DNA of 63,484 nucleotides, counting the filler, from Dicyema japonicum (Eukaryota > Animalia > Dicyemida): NCBI GenBank assembly GCA_011109175.1. It is 7 parts of 7 records of this genome, joined end to end, with 100 filler letters (N's around TTAATTAATTAA, not from the genome) between each part and the next. Parts side by side here need not be neighbours in the genome. Positions count along the whole stretch, not along the records: positions 48,155 to 55,611 come from RDEW01000031.1; positions 55,712 to 58,642 come from RDEW01000041.1; positions 58,743 to 61,998 come from RDEW01000092.1; positions 62,099 to 63,484 come from RDEW01000325.1; 3 more parts are not named here. One strand, 5' to 3'. Of the stretch, positions 51,770-63,484 are shown one piece after another. Position 1 is the first letter of the stretch; each line of letters starts with the position of its first letter. The notes under the pieces were generated by a model that did not search any database, had not been told where the DNA came from, and was given only the letters and a program-made list of their open reading frames with translations. The translations under genes were made by a program, and so were the position numbers.

Positions 51770-52400
51770 CACAAATTTCAGGATGACTGTCAAACAATTG
51801 GGTATTAGTAATAATTAACCAAAGCATATTGTATGAGAATTACTCAGAGTTTGGAAAGTTATAGCATTGTTAATGATACCGTGGAGTCAATTTATACAGC
51901 AAAACCAAATGGTAGTCCTCTCTAATATTTATAGGTGGGATATCTCTGGAACACGATCAAATTGTATTTTACTGACGGAAAGTGGAAATGAAATCAACTG
52001 TGGAGGTTGTGGAAATTTATTGGGAGAACAAGGATCTGGTTGAGCTAACTGATCTTCTCTGACTATTTTATGAGGAATACAATGTCTCTAGGATTGCTTC
52101 TATTGCAGTTAAAGACAAAAACAAAAAATTATGTGATCCCACGAATTCCAATAGGGCTCTCAGCTTGTCCCGGTGGTCTTCCCTCGATCCAACACAAGCA
52201 CGCAGTGGACGAGTGAATTAAAACTCACTAATGAGAAAATGAATTATTTTGAAATTTGAATTCTCTGCATCTGCAATATTTGCCAATATTAGTCATGTCA
52301 ACTTGTTGGAGGATATATGCATATTTTGTTTAATACGATAGTGGAGATATCTGTTTAAATGTACTAACACTGGCTTGTGATTGAATATTACATGGGCTTT
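51770..52400 (+). pseudogene. NAGK: N-acetylglucosamine kinase (BadF/BcrA family) remnant with micro-introns
   Basis: NDTVESIYTAKPN|GGISGTRSNCILL..GNEINCGGCGNLLGEQGS resembles the NAGK ISGTGSNC..GGWG..GDEGS motif; deletions, stops and a LINE-tail insertion at about 52130-52220. Confidence 0.6.
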
Positions 52401-52419
52401 CAAAAATTACATTTGCATA

Positions 52420-52680
52420 CTTTATTACCTACGTCTGAGTAAACCTGGTTCGTCTACGATGTGGGCACCACTCCTATCTACCAACTTACGATATCCTCTG
52501 TCCCTTTTGCAACCTCTACGTGTTGACAACAAACCACCTATTTGAATGTCATGAACTAGCACAACGTTCATCTACAATACCGGGACTGACCGATCTATGG
52601 GAGCGACTAACATCTGCTGCGTCCTACTTAATAGCTGCTGACCTCCTACAAGTTAGTGAGGCTGGGGTTACTTAACTAAC
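52420..52680 (+). mobile_element. LINE 3' end with CCHC finger
   Basis: CPFC..TTNHLFEC..DLWE..AAS.L..GVT* then an (CTAA) tail. Confidence 0.7.
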
Positions 52681-52739
52681 AAACTTACCACTTACAAAAT
52701 AGTTTCTGTTGAAGAAACTGTTCAATATTAGAGACGATT

Positions 52740-52930
52740 AAGTAATGACCGGATCATCGGGAGCCGTTGGTCCAATGACGGCTGAGTTCTTGCGAGAACT
52801 CGGAGGATTGCTTGCAAGAAAGAAAAGGGATCAACGAGAAGGGTTATGGCTAAGACAAAAGATTGGAATAGCCATACTCCGAGGGAACTCGTTCCCAATC
52901 CACGGAGCAGGCTTCCTCAACTGACATTTA
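52740..52930 (+). mobile_element. CRE-clade 3' end
   Basis: SGAVGP..EFLRELG..DQREGLWLRQKIGIAILRGNS; same family as 42925. Confidence 0.8.
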
Positions 52931-53270
52931 GTTAGTTAAGAGCTCTTTCGCGTGGCCCTAAAAGAGGTTCGCTTGAGCCATGTTTTGCAGCCATCCTCCT
53001 CGCCCACGCCATCTTGTTCCTGGCCCTCATTCGAACATCATACAGATCGTCCGCTGTCATCAATTTACGACTATTTTGTTCGTAGTCATCTATTAAGCAG
53101 GTTGGAAGTGTGTTTCTTGGTCTGCCTCGAAATCCGCGACTTCCGGCGTAGTAGAAATATTCTTCCATTATTCTGTTACATGGCGTAGTCAAGTCCAGTC
53201 TGAGGATATGTCCAAATAGTCGCCATCTCGATAAAATAACATCGGTGCTGAGTGGTCTGGATTTACATCG
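52930..53270 (-). mobile_element. RTE 3' end, tail-to-tail with the CRE fragment
   Basis: FRGRPRNTLP..ADDLYDVR..AW; (TAAC) tail. Confidence 0.75.
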
Positions 53271-53399
53271 TGAATATAGATTTTCAACTGATATTTGTTT
53301 AATTGTTAAAAAAAATTTTTGTTTAAAAAAGAAAAAGTAAATAGATATCTAAGAATTAAATATGCCGGAAATAATAAAATGGCAGATTATTATAAGTAT

Positions 53400-53830
53400 A
53401 ATCATAATAGCTATAATTTCATTCGTGCCGTGTTTGTATGATCCGAGATACTAGTCTCTCTCACCCTCTTCTATTGGATGCCAGACTTGCAGACTGATGA
53501 GGTTTTCACTGTCCCTTAGTACCTTGTTTACTGGTCTCAAATCTCCATTAAAGACTTCGGGAAACGTTATACGTGGACGGCCTCTAAACTTTTCCCAGAT
53601 GTTTAAAGTAATTCTTCCATGATGATGTTTGCTGCCGTATCTCCTTAGTTTTGAATTTATGATTCTGTTTGATGAAATAACTCTGAGAGCGCCTTGTTCA
53701 ATTGTACCTTCTTCCCATATGGCATCTTCGGGTTCTTCCTCCTATACTCCAATGTCAGGCTCTCTAGGGTCCGCTTTAGTATAGTCGACTGTAGATAGGC
53801 CTAGAGTCTCCTATGTACCCTCAACTGTTT
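53400..53830 (-). mobile_element. RTE 3' fragment of another subfamily
   Basis: FRGRPRITFPEVFNGDL. Confidence 0.6.
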
Positions 53831-53934
53831 TAGATAACCCTGTGGTACTTTGTTGCAATTCCTTCCCACCTCCATTAAAAGTGGATGGTGTCGTCCTTTT
53901 CTTTTTACGAACGACGAACCCTATCCAAGACCGA

Positions 53935-54040
53935 CTATGATTATCCCCCAAAATAATATAAATGTGATCGGTACTAAAATTACTGAACTACGCCGTTTTA
54001 TTAAATCTAATTCTGTAGATATTTATTTATTTCAATAAAA
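53935..54040 (+). mobile_element. LINE endonuclease N-terminal scrap
   Basis: IPQNNINVIGTKITELRRFI..VDIYLFQ, like the 35970 copy. Confidence 0.5.
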
Positions 54041-54429
54041 ACTCTCGAGATCTTTCCCTTGGTGCTGTCATCACCTGGACATCATTTGTTAGGTCCAGTA
54101 ATCTTCCCTTCAGAAAAGGATAAAATCAACACACGTAAAACCATAATACAGTCCGACCTCGATTTGAAACAACAAATTGTGATCATTTCGATAAAGTTTT
54201 AAACATTCTCTTTTCAAATTCTCTTTATTTTAATATGTCGCGAGCCACAGACGTCACTTTTGTCAGCTGTCACAACTGTCATTTTAATTATTCATCTTTT
54301 TATAATAAGGAGAATTAAGTCTACCCGAGGAAAATCAAATTTGTAATCTTTTGTCGCGAGCCACAGACGTCACTTTTGTCAGCTGTCACAACTGTCATTT
54401 TAATTATTCATCTTTTTATAATAAGGAGA

Positions 54430-55611
54430 ATTAAGTCTACCCGAGGAAAATCAAATTTGTAATCTTTTGTATGACTATAAGGAAAAAACCTTTACTATAT
54501 GTTTCTGAGATGTCTTTAACGTCTGGCTCTGTTAATTCAGCAATATTATCCACACTTTCCAGGTTGTCTTCACCGTCTGTCTCCGTTACAGTATTTTTAG
54601 CAATGGTGTTGTAGCCCGGAATCCCTCGATATCTCTGAAACGGACTAACACCTACAAAAAATAAAAGCACAAGTTTACCTGTGGATGAGTGAGGCTTTTG
54701 ATTGTATAAAAACACAGCCCTNTTACAGTATTTTTCTCATAGGTGTTGTAGCCCGGAATCCCTCGACATTTCTGAAACGGATTAACACCTACAAAAAATA
54801 AAAGTACAAATTTACCTGTGGATGAGTGAGGCGTTTGATTGTATAAAAACACATCCTTCCGAATGTGTTTTATCCACTCTTTCTTGTCATCTGAAACCAT
54901 CATTTTCGATAAACTCCGTGAGATCGTCTGATTGAATCTTTCAACAATCCCTTGACTCTGGGGATTGTTAGGTCTTCCATGGATTTGGATAATTCTGTAA
55001 TCCTCACAATTTTCTGATATGACCGTTCTTGAACTCTGTGCCATTGTCGCATTATAGAAACCTAAAAGGGCCATAATCCGTAAAAATTTCTTCTAGTTTG
55101 TTGGCCACCTCGATTCCACTTGTATTTTCCAGGTTCCTTGTAAATCCATATTTTGAATATATGTCTACTACAGACAACAACCAAGAAAAATGATCATTTT
55201 GATTACTCAAATCTGCAATAATAACTAGTAAACTTAAGCCTTTTAAGTTCAATTAGAAATCTCTCATTAGGAAAATCAGTAAGAACATGACTAAAATCGT
55301 CATATTGTTTGAGAGGCACTGTAAACTTGCATACGTTGTAGTCTTTTACAACTTGACAAATAACAGTTCTTTTGATTTCGCAAAATCTCCTACGACAAAG
55401 CGCATCCAGAGCGTTATGTCCACAGTAATTTGTCTGGTAAATGTCCTGACCAATAGTCCTCATTTCTTCTTTACTAGTTGAGGGTATCACGATTTTGTGA
55501 AGTCCGTTGACAGTTTCAAATAAAGCTTTTCATCAATAACAATAAAATTTTCAGCTTTCTTTTTTATTCGGTACCTCATTTGTTTCGCAATATTCACATC
55601 TTTATCATTAA
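54430..55611 (-). mobile_element. Ginger-like integrase element, homologous to 44225-45530
   Basis: CGHNALDALCRRRF, WLLSVVDIYSKYG, HGRPNNPQSQGIVERFNQTI. Confidence 0.8.
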
Positions 55612-55827
55612 NNNNNNNNNNNNNNNNNNNNNNNNNNNNNNNNNNNNNNNNNNNNTTAATTAATTAANNNNNNNNNNNNNNNNNNNNNNNNNNNNNNNNN
55701 NNNNNNNNNNNCAAAAAATCTGGAGGACATCCAGTATCTCTGAAAGGATGTCTAGATTTATTCTTTGCACTCAAATTTCTTTGATGAATAGTAGAGCATG
55801 CATCTTAAAATTAAAAATTTTAAAATT

Positions 55828-56048
55828 ATTTCCAAAGACCAAGGGTAACCAAACTAACTAACTCTTCGATCCTGAGTCGTTCCAGCATTCTAGAACTTGT
55901 CACCAGTTAACGACGTTGTCCCCAAGGAAGAATTGTTGGATCCTCTTAATGCAGGCCAAGCATTGGGCACCTCCACAGTAAGGTGATCCAATGACGCCAT
56001 AAGAAAATAAATAATTTTACCAAACTATCTAGCACCACATGGCGCAAC
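55828..56048 (-). mobile_element. Short non-autonomous retroelement with pseudoknot core, diverged copy 3
   Basis: Same head motif CGCCATGTGGTGCT and 63-nt core; different tail matching the LINE 3' UTR at 29543-29588. Confidence 0.68.
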
Positions 56049-57799
56049 GAGATTTTTAGGATTTTTAAAATTTTTAAATCTTAGATTTGTTATATATTGA
56101 TTTAGTAGCATTTATAATTCAGAAAATAAATTAATTAATTAAAAATTACATTTTTAATTATTCAGATTAAATTATGAACAAACACGAATTATAAGATCAT
56201 ACAATTAAACTATCACAAAAATTTTGAACCCATTTTTATAGTTTCTGGTATAGTTATTTGCCATCAGTTTTACATTTACCTAACTTATTAATTTATAGCA
56301 TTTTAAGTCAGAAAAATGAATACACGTTTATTAAGTGTTGTGGTGTGATCAACAAAAATCTCAGATGGAACATAAAGAACGAAAAGAAGACAAAGTACGA
56401 GGAACAAATCCAGTACGGACAAATCAGGTATGTTTTTTTTATGTGGAAATCGAAGATCAGGAAATATGGGATTAATTGCACACAATGTGAATCATTCGCC
56501 CATCTGGGCTGCATAAAAATGAGTAAAGCTTCGCCGAGACGCTGTCGAGTTGGGTGTGCCCCTCTTGTATTGGAATGGAAACCCCCAAGCGCGAAAAAAT
56601 AACTCAGTCAAACTTTACACTGCCACATACAGACCATACTCTTTTGAAGATCTCGAACCTCAGGAAGCCATTTCGAAATGGATCTCTCGCATATCTCAGT
56701 TGTCTAAGTAATCTTTTAAAAATCATTTTTCTAGTTTTTTCGTTTAATTCTTGATATTTTTTCTCATCAAAGTCTATTCGAATTTTATCAAGGCAATGCG
56801 CATATATTGAGGGTATTTCCATTTACTAACAAAATGATGAATTTATAATTATGTTAATTTTCAAAAAAATATTAATTTTACTTAAAAAATAAATTTATTT
56901 ATTGGAATAATTAATTTTTATTGAATTTTATAACAATATAGTATCCTTGGTCAAATGTGATCTTCCAATACTCGGCGTTGTGTGAGTCATGCTTCTGATG
57001 TGGATGTCTGCTTAATTCTGTATTTTTTGATTTTGCTGTTGAATAATTTTAAATCAGTTTGTTAAGAATTTAACTCCAACGGGTAATTCTTTTTTCAATG
57101 AGAGATGATTCTTATAAGGGTGTTCATGTTGCACTAGGACCTAGTGACTAGGTGCTATTGGATTTGTACGATCTGTTACTTCATGGAATAATAGTTTTGA
57201 ACTTGGATAGTTGTAGACATAAAATATTAGGTATAGATTTTCAATAAATAAATTAGTAGTTTTATTAAATCACATCGAAAATTCATCGTAAAAAAGTATA
57301 TTATTTTTATGTAAAATAAAATTAGTGTGATGAAGGCTTTAAGGCTGATATATTAGTACGCAGTTTAATGTTATGAATCAAAATTACAAGCATACATGTT
57401 AGAAGTGGTTTATCAAAGGATATAAACTACTAGGGCATGTTTTAGAAGTCAGTTCGAGTTTATGAACAACGGGAGAACGTCTCCGGGTTTATAGAGGTTA
57501 ATATTTTGATTAAATCAAGTTAAAGGACCTCTGTTATTTCAAGCATTTACTAATTTTTTGTAATCTTGGGGATTGAAGTTGTTTGTTGGTAGAATAGTGT
57601 AGATTAAATCCAAGCATTTGATGACATAAGATCCTTCAGGCGAACTCCTTCAGCTCAAAGATATGTGAACTTTTCGACAATCCTATATTTATGATTGGAG
57701 TGCAAATTAAAGAGATGTTAATTTGCTAATTTTGTGACTCCAGTTTATGCTTTCACGTGTCTCTCAATTCAGAGATAAAATTCAAGATAAAAAACATTT

Positions 57800-58120
57800 A
57801 CTTAAAAGTTATGAGAAAGCGCAGTCACTTGTTCTACTGTGAGCTTTCATTCCGACTGTTCTTTTCGTATTTTTGCAACAAGATATGTGCCATCCTTCAA
57901 GTGAATTTGTAGTTCTTGGGAGGCCTTCTGCCTGTCTGTCGTGTAAATTCCACATTTCCAAACTAAACAATGGTCTTCGTCTCCTTTCACGTTGCAAGGC
58001 TCCGATCCATGTTATCTCAAAATAGGTCAGAATATCTCCCAACATGTCATCAGTCTCGTCATCTATAGTTTCAAGTAGCGATCGGAAACTCTCAATGACT
58101 TGAGTTACATGAACGGCCAA
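57800..58120 (-). pseudogene. MULE transposase C-terminal remnant
   Basis: YFEITWIG..RRPLFSLEMWN..LPRTTNSLEGWH. Confidence 0.85.
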
Positions 58121-58129
58121 ATGTCTATC

Positions 58130-58642
58130 GGCCTAAAATATCTGTCTGCCAAATGTCCTTGTACCGATTATACCAATTCTCAAGTCTGGAAAGCGCTTTG
58201 CCAAAACTGCTTGATCTTCCCAAAATCAAGACTACTCCTAAATGGGATCCCAAAAGGCTTCCCTTTATCTGTTCTCCTCTATAACTTATTTCTACATGAC
58301 TTACCTACTACCAAAGATCAGGAAACCATGTTTTTATCTTACGCGGACTACCTACTATCGAAGCAAGGGATAGATCTCCCTCCGTGGCTGTGACGGTGAT
58401 CACATCTCAACCCATGAGTGTCACTGGCTATCCGCAAATATATTCTCTTATCTGCATCCAAGTCTCAGTTCATTCTCTCCACTTAAGACAAGAGATTTAA
58501 GGATAGACTCGAGATATTCTTTGGAGACATCCCTATCCTTCTACATGAATCCAATAACTATCGACACTTTAAAAACGTTTTCTAGTCACATGGAGGAAGT
58601 GTTAACCAAGGGGCTACGTAAGTGGAACTATTATAAAGAAGA
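58130..58642 (+). mobile_element. LINE RT fragment
   Basis: NGIPKGFPLSVLLYNLFLHDLP..SYAD. Confidence 0.7.
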
Positions 58643-58742
58643 NNNNNNNNNNNNNNNNNNNNNNNNNNNNNNNNNNNNNNNNNNNNTTAATTAATTAANN
58701 NNNNNNNNNNNNNNNNNNNNNNNNNNNNNNNNNNNNNNNNNN

Positions 58743-59020
58743 AAGTCCATCATGGGCAATGCAGATTTCATTGAAACTATCCGCAATCGAGGAGACTGAA
58801 TAAGGTAATTGGATCGGAACACAATTTCTTAATCGAATTACAACGGAAACTCTTAAAAGAGGCTAGTTTACCGAGCAGCCCTCTATTCCATACACTATCG
58901 AAATATCTACAATCATACATAAATTTTGACCGATGTCATGTCCAATGAGAAGAGCTGTTCAGGATTCTCGACCCTGCCGGACTCGTCCTTTCCTTTGTCA
59001 ATCTGGGATCACTTAGTTAG
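58743..59020 (+). mobile_element. LINE 3' end fragment
   Basis: Terminates GGGATCACTTAGTTAG like the GIT* ends at 29580 and 59965. Confidence 0.5.
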
Positions 59021-59904
59021 ATGAGAACTTTATTTTTTTCTCTTTGACCCAGTGATCCTGGGGGTAATAATAATTTCTGGGAAATGGTGGATCCCTGAGT
59101 GAGCTCGTAAATGAAATGAGCCATAAATTAAAATTAAAGTAGGGATTAGTGGAACCAGGATCATCTAACTATTTGTGTTACTATTATTCTCTTACTCGAT
59201 GTTTTCCGTGTTATGTAAATAAATATAGGGTAAAATACTGCCCCCTATAGTTATCGGTATAACAAATCACTTCCAATCTACATCGGAAGCTCAAGACCAT
59301 CTGGTTCGTCTCCGCTGTGTACATTATACCACTTAATTGTTTACAGGAGGAAAATTGGACAGTTGGACTCGTACTGTGCCCCTGCTGCTTAACGACCACT
59401 TGACGAATCACCTTTTTTATAATTCTGGCCGGTCAGCGGCTTCCCAATCTGATCTACTTGATTGATCTCTGGGAACGCTTACCTTTGATTGTTACCTTCC
59501 CATTAGCCATCGGGTTCCTTAAAGAGACTTGGGGTGAATAAATAAAAATATCAACAATCATAGAATCACTTTACTTACGACTTTTGGTAGATAATCCTCT
59601 CCAAGTTCTTTTAAGACTGGGCAATCATATCCGAAATTTCTTTTAAATTTCGATTTTCAAGGGGAGATTATACCAGAAACAAATGTGTATAACTTTCATA
59701 AGTGATGAAAGTTATACACATTTAGTTCAACAGGTAGGTCACTACCTCAACCTTTTGCCAATTAGCCACTAGGTCAACAAAATAATGTCCATGTAAAGAG
59801 AATAGGCCGACCATAAGTCCTAAGTCAGAACTAAGAGTTGATATACTGATAGAAAAAAAGTAATTTGAATCCTCTCGTCGATATCCACTGAAACACGCGC
59901 AATT

Positions 59905-60840
59905 TAATTAATTTAATAACCCCGAAAAGGGAACACCAAGAAAGAAAAAGTAAACCAACTAATTAAGTGATCCCGGTACGCCTCAACAAGATCGAAAGAT
60001 TTTTCCTATGTTCCTCTAGAGTACCCACGGCTCTCCTGAATAGACGACGATCATCTTTCATTAGAGTTTGAAGAAAGGTGGGTTTTCTCTCCAAATTTCG
60101 TGTATTTGAGGCTTCTAGCCTTGAATGGAAGAAACGACTTGTTTTTGGCCACACAGACCTATGAAGCCGGAGCCATTATTTTTGATTGTGGCGTGGTCAA
60201 ACATTGAGGGGAAAAGATCGGGGGTAGATTTGTTAGAAGTGCAAGTTTGCCTGTTAGGGAGTTGATCTTAAATGAATTGGATATTGAAGCTCCATAAGCC
60301 CATGAGGCACAAGCATACTCTACCGTCGGTTTTAGAAGTTAATTGTACAAGATGACAGCGCATTCCCGTGACGGCATGGACTTTAAGAGCGGTTTGATTA
60401 TATTTAGTTTCCTGAGACCCTTTGTCATAACGTTCTTCACATGTTGAGAAAATGTCATCAAAGGGTCAAATGTCCAAGATAGTTGGACGAATCTGTAATG
60501 GTAAGGAGTTTCCATAAATGTTCAATTCCAGTGTATGTTTTTCTTTTCTGTTCATGGTGAAGATTGTATACGTTGAATATCGCTGAATGGAAAGACGATT
60601 CAACTTCAACCAGGCTCCCAGGTCGTCAATATGTGACTGTAGCTCTGATTTTGCTGTACCTACGTATTTGTTCCTGCTAGCGATGATTGGGTCGTCAGCA
60701 CAAGTGAGAAGCATTGAATCTGGTCCTCCAGGACAGGGTAAATGGTTAAGGAATAAGTTGAATAACGCTGGAGAGAGGGGAAATCCTTGAGGACACCATT
60801 TGGTAGGAGACGGGACCTCGAAAACACTGCAAAATCAACT
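59905..60840 (-). mobile_element. APE-type LINE RT to 3' end
   Basis: NGVPQGFPLSP.LFNLFL, LTCADD, LEYACASWASI, ...RTGIT*; 3' UTR ends ttcggggttattaaatt. Confidence 0.82.
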
Positions 60841-62099
60841 TGTCTAGCTTAGTTTAAATTAAAATTATTTACAAATTTAATTACATTTTAAAATTTACAT
60901 TTACTCCTAAAAGCCCATAATCTGAAGTAATTATCTAAAGTTGCTGATTATTATTGTAAAAAATTATTGGAGTGAAAAAAATAATTGTGACTGTGATGGA
61001 GGTAGAATTTAATTGAAAAATGCTTTAAGAAATCTATGAAAATGAACTGTTGACCAATTTATAGTCAACATATGTTAATGTTGGTGTATTTGATGCGACA
61101 GAATAACTTACAAATTTATTTATTTTTAAGTATTCCAATGAATTCTTAAGGATCGTATTTGCCTCTCAGTAACAACTGTGTACATTGCTCCTATGGAAAA
61201 CCGTTATGCTTTGCCCATGGCTAATCCTTTATTCCTTCGTCTTCTGAACAAGGGGACTCATTAAATTCAGCTCTGTTGTTATAATCTTTGAACGTGTGTT
61301 ACTTTGATGATTGTACTATTGGTAACAAAAGATTATCTGAAAAATTTAATCTTCAACTAGAGACCTTCGGCCTAACTCTTAACAGTTCGAAATATGAGAA
61401 TAATTAGTGGAATCAGTTTAACTAACAAAAAATAACGACTTAAACGACATTTAAACGTCTGAAGATTCTGAACACACATAAATCCCCTTTTGTGCTCTTA
61501 TCTAAGCAAACATTAAACTACGTTAATAGAGGGTCACCTTGTTTTCCTGAACAATCGACTCCCTTTTCACGGTTAAAGTCTCCCGAAAGTTAAATTTAAC
61601 GACTATGGCTATCAGTTTGCTTCTGTGGTCTGGAAACAATTGAAGATTCCCAAGCAATATAGCGTTAAGCGTGCTCTGGAGTCTGTTGGATACCTGAAAT
61701 CCTGGAATCGGTAACCTAGACAGAGGAAACGGAAACGATGCTATCTGAAATAAGAACTGAAGAGTCTTCTCCCACATCTCATAATAAGGTGGGGGATGCC
61801 TTCAGTATGGAATGCTACGTGCATCGACTCTCTTTGTCTTTCAACAAACTACGGAAAAGGATGAGAAGGACAATGGGCTAGTAGGTTCACGTTCTGAAGT
61901 GTTATGGTGAAACAGCTGGAGGAAAAAGGAAATTATTTCATATTCTCTAGAAGCTTGGACTTTGATGATGTAGGTGAGACCAAGCGGGTTCTTTTCATNN
62001 NNNNNNNNNNNNNNNNNNNNNNNNNNNNNNNNNNNNNNNNNNTTAATTAATTAANNNNNNNNNNNNNNNNNNNNNNNNNNNNNNNNNNNNNNNNNNNNT

Positions 62100-63484
62100 T
62101 GGAAATTACTCTATAATTTCTGAGAGTCTATCGCAACATTGACACGTTGAATAAAAGTTCAACATTAGTTTAATTTTTGAGTGATATTAATCCAGTTGAA
62201 TATAAAATTCGACAAACATTTTGTAATATTATTTTGTAGTTGAAAAATAATAATTGACCTTTAACAGAATTGTTGACAATAAATTAAAAAATGTGAAAAT
62301 TATATAAAATCATAGAATTAAGCCGATTTTAGCCATTACAAATTTCAAAATATTGAAACAATATTTAATGCGATCTCAATTGGAAATTACTGTGTAATAT
62401 TTGATAATCTTCGAAAACATTAAACGTTAACATTTGGGTATATCAACATAGTTTAATTTTTGAGATATCAAACAACTTGGATGATAACTTCAGCTAAATT
62501 TATATGCACTTGAAAAATATTCAAATAAGGGAAAGCATTATTATCTTTCTGAACCCGGAAAATAATTTTTGAGATATCAAACAACTTGGATGATAACTTT
62601 AGCTAAATTTACATGCATTTGAGAAATATTCAAATAAGGAAAAGCATTATTATTATTCAGAACCCGGAAAAAGGTTATTCTTTAAGAATATATAGGCTAT
62701 TTCTGATAAGACTGGTTCTTTACTATATTATGATGTGTGACACAAAATATAAATTAAAATTATTAAGGAAGTATTTATATGCGATTTCACGTGGAATTTA
62801 CTTGTAATTTCTGAACAAATTCGCAACATTATACGTTAATATTTAAGTGATATTAACTTTTGGAATACATATTCAATTGAGTTAATATTCTTATTATGTA
62901 TTTAGTCATTGAGTGGCACCAAAGAGGTAATTTAAATAACTGAGAAAAAGAATATTAAATTTCTCATAAAATGTTAATGATTTTACTCAAAAAAATGAAG
63001 TTATTAAAGTAGTATTTAAATGCGATATTTTTTTAATTTTTTTTATGAGAGTCAATCGCAGTATAAAAAGTGTATTGGAAATATATATAAGTTTAAAAAT
63101 TAGTGAAATTGGCCAATTTCAATAAACGACAGCCGATATATATTTAAATTGACTAGAAACGTTCAATTTATAGTATGACTGATTTTTATATGGTGATTTA
63201 CTAATAATATGATGTTAGGTCATTAAAGTAATATTTAAATGCGNGAAGTTATTAAAGTAGTATTTAAATGTGATATTTTTTATAATTTTCTTATGAGAGT
63301 CAATCGCAGTATAAAAAGTGTATTGGAAGTATACATAAGTTTAAAAATTATTGAAATTGGCCAATTTCAATGAACGACAGCCGATGTATATTTAAATTGA
63401 CTAAAAACGTGGAATTTATATTATGACTGATTTTTATATGATGATTTACTAACAATATGATGTTAGGTCATTAAAGTAATATTT
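62100..63484. repeat. AT-rich degenerate tandem repeats; ~245-bp unit duplicated at about 62995-63484 and ~110-bp unit at about 62450-62660
   Basis: Visible self-similarity with substitutions. Confidence 0.65.

Noticed and set aside
53490-53530. CTGATGAG hammerhead-like motif
   Set aside because: No stem II or GAAA; it lies within antisense RTE coding sequence.
53840-53900. CCCTGTGGTACT plus a CCAC.TCCATT..AGTGG hairpin upstream of a LINE endonuclease start, resembling parts of the pseudoknot element
   Set aside because: Similarity is short and the 63-nt core is absent; insufficient to claim this is the parental LINE 5' UTR.

Overview
AT-rich eukaryotic nuclear DNA made of seven unrelated contigs joined by artificial N-TTAATTAATTAA-N linkers (30881-30980, 40012-40111, 48055-48154, 55612-55711, 58643-58742, 61999-62098). 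It is animal: a Meis/Pknox TALE gene and an Ig-FN3-TM receptor are present. Host genes carry ultra-short GT-AG introns (mostly 21-25 nt), which is why the ORF track misses them. This fits a reduced parasite such as a dicyemid, but the sequence alone cannot prove the taxon. Manually spliced host genes are a complete SUV39H/Su(var)3-9, Meis/Pknox, NUDT21/CPSF5 (one in-frame TAA), an IgSF receptor and a decayed NAGK. Most of the remainder is decayed mobile DNA: RTE, R4/Dong-like, CRE and APE-type (I-group-like) non-LTR elements, plus Tc1, pogo, hAT, MULE, Merlin and Ginger-like integrase remnants. The most notable signals are non-coding. (1) A three-copy short retroelement family (29165-29478, 50592-50885, 55828-56048) has a conserved 14-nt head motif, a 63-nt covarying pseudoknot core with HDV-ribozyme-like topology, and 3' tails matching two different LINE subfamilies in this window. 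(2) A U6 snRNA is fused to the 5' end of an RTE element. (3) A tRNA-Leu-derived SINE shares its 3' stem-loop with RTE. (4) An 18-nt motif recurs at three RTE 5' ends. All calls come from manual reading and translation; no database search or folding program was run.
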